From the NCBI RefSeq assembly GCF_009914755.1, contig NC_060928.1: 64,000 nucleotides of DNA, one strand, 5' to 3'. Origin of the DNA: the human T2T-CHM13v2.0 reference genome, Homo sapiens. The translations under genes were made by a program, and so were the position numbers. The notes under the pieces were generated by a model. That model was not told where the DNA came from, did not search any database, and was given only the letters and a program-made list of their open reading frames with translations. Positions 54,548 through 64,000 of this stretch are shown piece after piece; the first letter of the stretch is position 1; every line of letters starts with the position of its first letter.

Positions 54548-55162
54548 CTAAAAGTATATGTCACCTCTTTTAAATTATTTTCTCTCCTCAGATAGCCTTA
54601 CAATAAAGGAAAGTCTATGACAAAAACCTTAAGAAAAAACACTGAAAAAATGTGCATTTGTTTAAAAACCTAATCTTTTCCAGTTACTCATCTTTTGAAT
54701 ACTAAATTGTGTTCCATTCCACATTTCTCATGGATAAGGCAGTTATTGAATTTTTGGTGAGCTCAGAATGATCCCATTACCAGAGGAAGCAGATGAATTG
54801 AGAGGGGCCCAAGCCCAGAAACAGGGAAACTGTCAGCCGGCTGCAGCACTCTACGGTCAAGCAGTGATCCTTGTGCTGGTGCTTGCCTAGCCCTGTGCTT
54901 AAGGTATTGTATAACAAGTGGAAAGCAGAGATAGACAGATTTTGGTACAAACCCATGCTCCATGGATCCTAAGCCCACGTTTGTTACCTCATCACACTGA
55001 GCCTCAGTTTCCACATGTGTTAAATATCTATTGCAAGGAAAAAGAGAACGTATCTGAAGTATGAAAACTTGGAGTCTAAGGATACATTCATCTAACATCC
55101 TGAGGGGGACCTTATGAGGTCCACTCCCTGTGAATGGATTAACTGAGGTGATGACTGGTGGC

Positions 55163-56256
55163 TCATATAGTTTGGCTCTGTGTCCCCACCCAAATCTCAT
55201 CTTGAATTGTACTCCCACAACTCCCATGTGTTGTGGAAGGGACCTGGTGGGAGATAATTGAATCGTGGGGGTGGTTTCCCCCATACTGTTCTCGTGATGG
55301 TGAATAAGTCTCGCCAGATATAATGATTTTGTTTTATCAAGGATTTCCGCTTTTGCATCTTCCTTATTCTCTTTTGGCCTGCGGCCATCCATGAAAAATG
55401 AGATGCTCCTCCTTGCCTTCCGCCATGATTATGAGGCTTCCCCAGCCTCGTGGAACTGTAAGTCCAATTAAACCTCTTTCTTTTGTAAATTGCCTAGTCT
55501 CGGGTATGTCTTTATCAGAAAATGGAATAATACAGTAAATTAATACCAGTAGAGTGGGTCATTGCTGAAAAGATACCCGAAAATGTGGTAGCGAGTTTCG
55601 AACTTGGTAACAAGCAGAGGTTGGAACTGTTTGGAGGGCTCAGAAGAAAACAGGAAAATGTGGGAAATCTGGAACTTCCTAAAGACTTGTTAAATGGCTT
55701 TGTGCAAAATGCTGACAGTGATAGGGACAATAAGGTCCAGGCTGAGGTGGTCTCAGATGAGATTTTGAACTCTGAATTTTTTAGTTAATGATAAAATTAG
55801 TTAAGACTTTGGGGGACTGTTGGGAAGGCATGATTGGTTTTGAAATATGAGGACTTGAGATTTGGCAGGGGCCGAGGCAGAATGATACGGTTTGGCTGTG
55901 TCCTCACCCAAATCTCATCTTGAATTGTACTCCCATAATTCCCAGGTATTGTGGGAGGGACCTGGTGGGAGATAACTAAATCATGGGGGCAATTTCACCC
56001 ATACTTTTCTGGTGTTAGTGAATAAGTCTCACCATGTCTGATGGTTTTATCAGAGGTTTCTGCTTTTGCATCTTCATTATTCTCTATTTGTCTCTTGCCA
56101 TCCATGAAAGACAAGACTAGTTCCTCCTTGCCTTCCGCCATGATTGTGAGGCTTCCCCAGCCTCATGGAACTGTAAGTCCAATTAAACTTCTTTCTTTTG
56201 TAAATTGCCCAGTCTTAGGTATGTCTTTATCAGCAGCGTGAAAATGGAATAATACA
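55163..56256 (+). mobile_element. THE1A/B MaLR provirus with deleted internal region (LTR 55163-55534, internal 55535-55882, LTR 55883-56256)
   Basis: Two homologous LTRs (t.ata..gtttggct...aatggaataataca); 5-bp TSD GTGGC (55158-55162, 56257-56261). Confidence 0.92.
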
Positions 56257-57039
56257 GTGGCGAAAGGACCCACAAGATGCAAAAGCTGTAAACTGAGGGT
56301 TGCTCCCACTATATATGGGCCTGTTTAAGAAGAGGGGCTTGAAATGTATGCATTGTTTGAATGTAGATGTGTCAGTGTAGGTGCTAACATTTCTGGAAAA
56401 AATGATTAGATGATGTCTGGTAGGAGATGATGTAATTGACTCAACAAGCTTCAACTTACTCAATTATCTAGTCTGCTGTAACTATTTATTTCAAAGTTGA
56501 TTCATCCGGCCCAGCATACATTTCATTTCAAATACCAAGAGAGTACATTCTTGATTTCGAGACAAGCAAGGCTTTTTTTTTCTACTTTCCATGCAATTGG
56601 ACTTTCAAAAAATCATAATTTACGTCAGTCTTCAGAACTGAAATTTCTCAAGCCCATTTCATTTAAGTTCATACCACAATTGATTTTTACAAAAAAGAAT
56701 TTTATAGAATATTTGTCCTGCTGTCCTAACACCTGGAAAAACATAGATATTGTATATGGTTACACTATTGACAGTGAAGTATCCTCATGCGGATCTGAGT
56801 TCAAATTCCTATTCTACCTCTTAGCCTTGAACAACTTATTTAACTTCATTAAGATTCTATTTTTTCAATGGCAAAATGTCGGTGGGGGATCATAGTACCT
56901 ATCCCACAGGGTTTCTGTGAATTTTAAATAAGTCTTCTAAGCACTTAGCACAGTGCCTACCACATAGTGAATGAAGTTATTCTTGTTATGCATTCCAAGG
57001 TTCTTTTCTACAAGACAATAGTAATGAGGAAGGGTTTAT

Positions 57040-60000
57040 TGTCACTGTTTTATTTTATTTTATTTTATTAATTAAGTTATATTATTTATATGCATATATA
57101 CATATTAATAATATAAATTAAGTTATTAATATATATATATTATATATTAATACTATTATATAATATTTCATATAAAATTTATATTATATAATATATAATA
57201 TTTATATTACTATATATTATATTATATATTATAATATTTGTATTATATTATACATATTATATTATATATTATAATATTTGTATTATATTATATATAATAT
57301 TATATATATAATATTTGTATTATATTATATATATTATATTATATATTATAATATTTGTATTATATTATATATTATAATATTCATATTATATTATATATTC
57401 TATATTATAACATTTATATTATATTATATTATATATTATAACATTCATATTATATTATATTATATATTATAACATTCATATTACATTATATATTATATAT
57501 TATAACATTCATATTACGTTATATGTTATATATTATAACATTCATATTACGTTATATATTATGAATTCTAACATTCATATTACGTTATAGATTACGTATT
57601 CTAACATTCATATTACGTTATAGATTACGTATTCTAAAATTCATATTACGTTATAGAGTATGTATTCTAACATTCATCTTACGTTATAGAGTATGTATTC
57701 TAACATTCATATTACGTTATAGAGTATGTATTCTAACATTCATATTACGTTATAGAGTATGTATTCTAACATTCATATTACGTTATAGAGTATGTATTCT
57801 AACATTCATATTACGTTATAGAGTATGTATTCTAACATTCATATTACGTTATATGTTATGTATTATAATATTCATATTATATGTTATATATTATAATATT
57901 TATATTATGTTATATGTTATATATTATAATATTTATATTATATTATAAATAATATTATAATATTTATATTATATTATAAATAATATTATAATATTTATAT
58001 TATATTATAAATAATATTATAATATTTTTATTATATATAATATTCTAATATTGTATTATATATAATATTATAATATTTATATTATATATATAATAATATT
58101 TATATTATTATATATAATACTATATTTATATTATGATATATAATATTATATTTATATTGTTATATATAATATTATAATATTTATATTATTATATATAATA
58201 TTTATATTGTTATATATAATATTATAATATTTATATTGTTATACATAATGTTATAATATTTATATTGTTATATATAATATTATAATATTTATATTGTTAT
58301 ATATAATGTTATAATATTTATATTGTTATATATAATATTATAATATTTACAATGTTATATATAATATTATAATATTTATAATGTTATATATAATATTATA
58401 ATATTTATATTATATTATGTAATATTATAATATTTATATTATATTATATAATATTATTATATTTATATTATATTATATAATATTATAATATTTTCTAATA
58501 TAATATTTATATAATTTTTATATAATATAATAATATATTGATATTATATTATTTATATATAATATAATATATATAATATATAATATAATTATATATTATA
58601 TATATTAATTAATATATATAATATAATATAAATAATATATTCTATATAAGAATTAATATATAATATATTTATTATATATATAATAATAATATAATATGTA
58701 ATAATATATTATAATATAATATATACTAATATACATATAATATATAACATATATTATATATTATAATTTTTATATATATAATATTTATATAATATAATAA
58801 ATATTATTATATTATATATAATATAATATAAATATATAATAAATATTATTATATTGTATATAATATAATTTAAATATATAATAAATATTATTGTATTACA
58901 TATAATATAATGTAAATATATAATAAATATTATTGTATTATATATAATATATTATAAATATATAATATAATATAAATATATTATATTATATATTTATAAA
59001 TATATATATTATAAAGATATTATATATAATATAATATAAATAATATTATATGTAATAATATATATAATATTATGTATAATATTATATATAATATTACATA
59101 TAATATTATATATATTATATTATACATAATATTATAATATTTATTTTATATTACATATAATATTATATTATATATATTATATTATATGATATATTATAAT
59201 ATTATAATATTTATATTATATATATTATATAATATATTATAATATTTATATTATATATATTATATGATATATTATAATATTTATATTATATATATTATAT
59301 GATATATTATATTATAATATTTATATTATATTATATATCATATTTATATTATAATATTTATATTATATTATATATCATATTTATATTATAATATTTATAT
59401 TATATTATATATCATATTTATATTATAATATTTATATTATATTATATATCATATTTATATTATAATATTTATATTATATTATATATCATATTTATATTAT
59501 AATATTTATATTATATTATATATCATATTTATATTATAATATTTATATTATATTATATATTATAATATTTATAATATAATATGTATTATAATATTATAAT
59601 ATAATATATTATAATATTTATAATATAATATATGTTATAATATTATAATACAATATATTATAAATATTATAATATTTATATTATATAATATATATTATAA
59701 TATTTTTATGATAATATATATTATAATATTTTTATTATATACTATATTACATATATTATAATATTTTTATTATATACCATATTATATATATTATAATATT
59801 TTTATTATATACTATCTTATATATATTATAATATTTATATTATATACTATATTATATATTATATTTATATTATATACTATGTTATATATATTATATTTAT
59901 ATTATATACTATGTTATATATATTATAATATTTATATTATATTATATGTTATATATATTATAATATATTATATGATCTATTATATATATTATAATATTTA

Positions 60001-61830
60001 TATTATATTATATATATTATAATTTTTATATTATATTATATATGATAATATTTATATGATATACTATAAGATATATATTATTTTTATATTATATACCATA
60101 TTATATATATTATAATATTTATATTATATACTATATTATATATTGTAATATTTATATTATATACTATATTACATATATTATATTTATATTATATACTATA
60201 TTACATATATTATATTTATATTATATACTATATTATATATATTATATTTATATTATATACCATATTACATATATTATATTTATATTATATACCATATTAT
60301 ATATTATAATATTTATATTATCTACCATATTATATATTATAATATTTATATTATCTACCATATTATATATTATAATATTTATATTATATACCATATTATA
60401 TATTATAATATTTATATTATATACCATATTATATGTTATAATGTTTATATTATATACTATATTATATGTTATAATATTTATATTATATACTATATTATAT
60501 ATTATATTTATATTATATAGTATATTATATATATTATAATATTTATATTATGTACTATATTATATATATTATAATATTCATATTATATACTATATTATAT
60601 ATTATATTCATATTATATACTATATATATTAGAATATTTATATTATATACTATATTACATATATTATAATATTTATATTATATACCATATTATATATATT
60701 ATAATATTTATATTATATACATATTATATATTATAATATTTATATTATACACCATATCATATATATTATATTTATATTATATACTATATTATATATTATC
60801 ATATTTATATTATATACTATATTACATATTATAATATTTATATTATATACTATATTACATATTATAATATTTATATTATATACTATATTATATAATATTT
60901 ATATTATATATTATATTATATATATTATATTTATATTACATTATTACATTGTAAGATTATATTACAATATATAATATAATAAATAACATATATTATATAA
61001 TACATATTATAATATATATTACATAATAAATTATAAATTATATAATACATATTTTAATACATATTACATAATAAATAATATATTATATAATACATATTAT
61101 AATATATATTACATAATAAATTATATAATATATAATATATATTATATATTATATAATATATAATATATATTATATGATATATTATATATAATATAATATA
61201 TAATATATAGTATATATAATATATTACATATAATATATGATTTATATTATATATATTGTTTATTACATTATATATACTATATATTATATAATGTACATTG
61301 TATAATATATAATATATAGTATATAGTAAATACTATATATTATATAATATATATATTTATTATATAATATATAAAATAATATTTATTATATAATATATAA
61401 TAATAATTATATAATATTTATATTTATTCAATATTTATATTTATACTATATAATATTCATATTATATATTTATTATATTTATATTATATAATACTCATTA
61501 TATATGAAGTATAACATATATAATATGTTATATATATTATAATTAACATATAATATATATGAATAATATAATTATATTATAATATAATTTAATTATTACA
61601 TTATATTATATTACAACATAATTATAATTATAATTATATGAATTATATTACTATGTATATACATAGATAACATAAATTATAATAGTATAAATTATATTAT
61701 TTGTATATACATAATATAAATTATATTAATATGTATATATGTAGATACATATATGTATTATATAATTTATATATGTATGTATATAAAAATTAATTTATAT
61801 ATGCATATATTACATATATATACACATATC
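57040..61830. repeat. About 4.8-kb compound AT-rich minisatellite/low-complexity array
   Basis: Almost only A/T; sub-arrays with 33-, 29- and 37-bp periods. Confidence 0.97.
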
Positions 61831-61940
61831 GCTTCTCAAAACATTTTTTAGATCGTTCACAGCAAGAAATAGTAATAAGGTTAGGATAGTTAGGAGGTAG
61901 GCCCAAGCAGAAAGTTCACAGACAGGCTTAATATAGGGTC

Positions 61941-62703
61941 AGAGACAGAGTCGCCATGAAACTGATGAAGCACAGAATTTTTCCACTCCCTAGGAGGGGC
62001 CCAGACAATATGTTCACATGACCATGAGGTTTTGTAAAATTTTCCCTCAAGTGATTAAGACTCTTTTCTCTTTCTACTCCCATGTTCTTTTCATCACACT
62101 TCTGTCAAATCAAATGATATTGGGATACCAATGGGTATTTTGAGGAAATTGAGATGGGGAGAGACTTAGTTTGGGTTTAGTGGGGTGTATTTATGCAATT
62201 CACAGTCTACTTCTGTATATAGTTAAAATATTGCTGGCCCTCCTCATCTAGGAACAGCTTCCAGAAATATTTCTACCTCCCATGCCTAACTTTGAATGCC
62301 TACTCATTCAACATGCAACCCGAAGGTGCAGGATCAGGGCTCATATTTCCATATGAATGTGTCCATTGAAGCTGGCACTAGAAATGTATGTGGTAGAGGG
62401 AAAGTAAGGCTTGAAATGTATGGAATCAGATGTTATTATGGTGGTGCATCAGGCAGTTAGGAAAAATATTAAGTTGCTTTTCTGGATTTTGTGATATTTG
62501 TACTATTTGTCACCTTTTTAAAATCTGAAATTTGTTACAATTTATTGTCGTATGAAAACAAATATTAAGACCGTACTTTCAGGGATCATTTCTATAGTTC
62601 ATCAAAACAAATATTTACGCTTGTACCTAACTTTGTGTTCATTTTCTTAAAGAGATCCCTTAAAATCTAATTAGCTTTGGCTTCATATAACCTGGATCCT
62701 CTG
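61941..62703 (+). mobile_element. MER115/Zaphod-like hAT-Tip100 relic
   Basis: atgttcacatgaccat...ttttgtaaaattt, ttagtttgggtttagtggg, gaaggtgcagg, aacctggatcc match the recalled consensus. Confidence 0.65.
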
Positions 62704-63211
62704 TTAAGTAGGAATCAAATTTAGCTCTGAGTTTCCTAGTAACCAGAGTGACAGGAAAACACAGAGTGTTACATACTTCTTTTTATGGCAAAGGAGGAAA
62801 TAAACCATAAAATTGTTGTAAGAAATGTAATGAGATATAATGTATTATTTCCATGATGAGATGACACCTAACCCATCTGAAACACTTACTGGGTCAGGCA
62901 CTGTTGTAAGCACAGTGTATACATTATTCAGTATTTCCAACCCCAATGCCTGTTTTCTTAACCATTGGGTTTTATTTTCTTCTCAAGGTGACGAGAGAAA
63001 GAAGCTGATCTTGAGTACATATAAGAGAGTTCTTACTGCTAGAAGCCCAGGAAATAAACACCACCTCTGAGGGTTATCCAAATACTAATAAATCACCACC
63101 CAACAATAGTTACTCATTGACTTCACTGAGCAACTTTCTTATTAGTAGACAAAAAGTAGAATTTAAATTAAATAAAATCTGACAAACACTGTGATCTAGT
63201 TTCCTTTTTTC

Positions 63212-63635
<424 letters not shown>

Positions 63636-63804
63636 TAAGCACAATGATGTGAAACATTCTTCAGAAATCTTTAGGAAATGTGACAGTGAGCAGTAATAAA
63701 ACAACTATTGAGAAAGCTCTAATGATAATAATAGGTAACATTTATCTATTTATTTATAATATTTAGTTGAAGTATATATTAAGAACTTTAAGTTATCTCA
63801 TTAA

Positions 63805-64000
<196 letters not shown>

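Noticed and set aside
54763-55392. Longest ORF in the track (209 aa, minus strand)
   Set aside because: N-terminal third is THE1 LTR read antisense and the rest crosses MIR-like sequence; no recognisable domain or splice structure
57450-57870. 33-bp direct repeats as a CRISPR-like array
   Set aside because: Head-to-tail with no unique spacers, eukaryotic context, no cas genes

Overview
Primate (almost certainly human) genomic DNA from the SCPP enamel-gene cluster; from recalled gene order it lies between AMTN and ENAM on 4q13.3, neither of which is in the window. One protein-coding gene is present: AMBN (ameloblastin), + strand, 13 coding exons from 29323 to 43694. All introns are GT-AG and phase 0, and the exons splice to a 447-aa protein. 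The rest is mostly interspersed repeats. These include a nested transposon stack at about 0.8-10.1 kb (Charlie1-type element containing an LTR22 solo LTR, an Alu and a Tigger2-type element, which holds a full-length old L1PA, which holds an AluY), about 25 Alus, MLT2 and THE1 LTRs, a decayed ERVL pol region, L2/MIR relics and a 4.8-kb compound AT-rich minisatellite (57.0-61.8 kb). I found no convincing undescribed biological system. The most notable structures are the 174-bp exon triplication (exons 7-9), inverted Alus around exon 5, a tail-less Alu head inside the LTR, and the layered AT-rich VNTR. Repeat subfamily names come from recalled consensus sequences, and repeat boundaries without a stated TSD are approximate.
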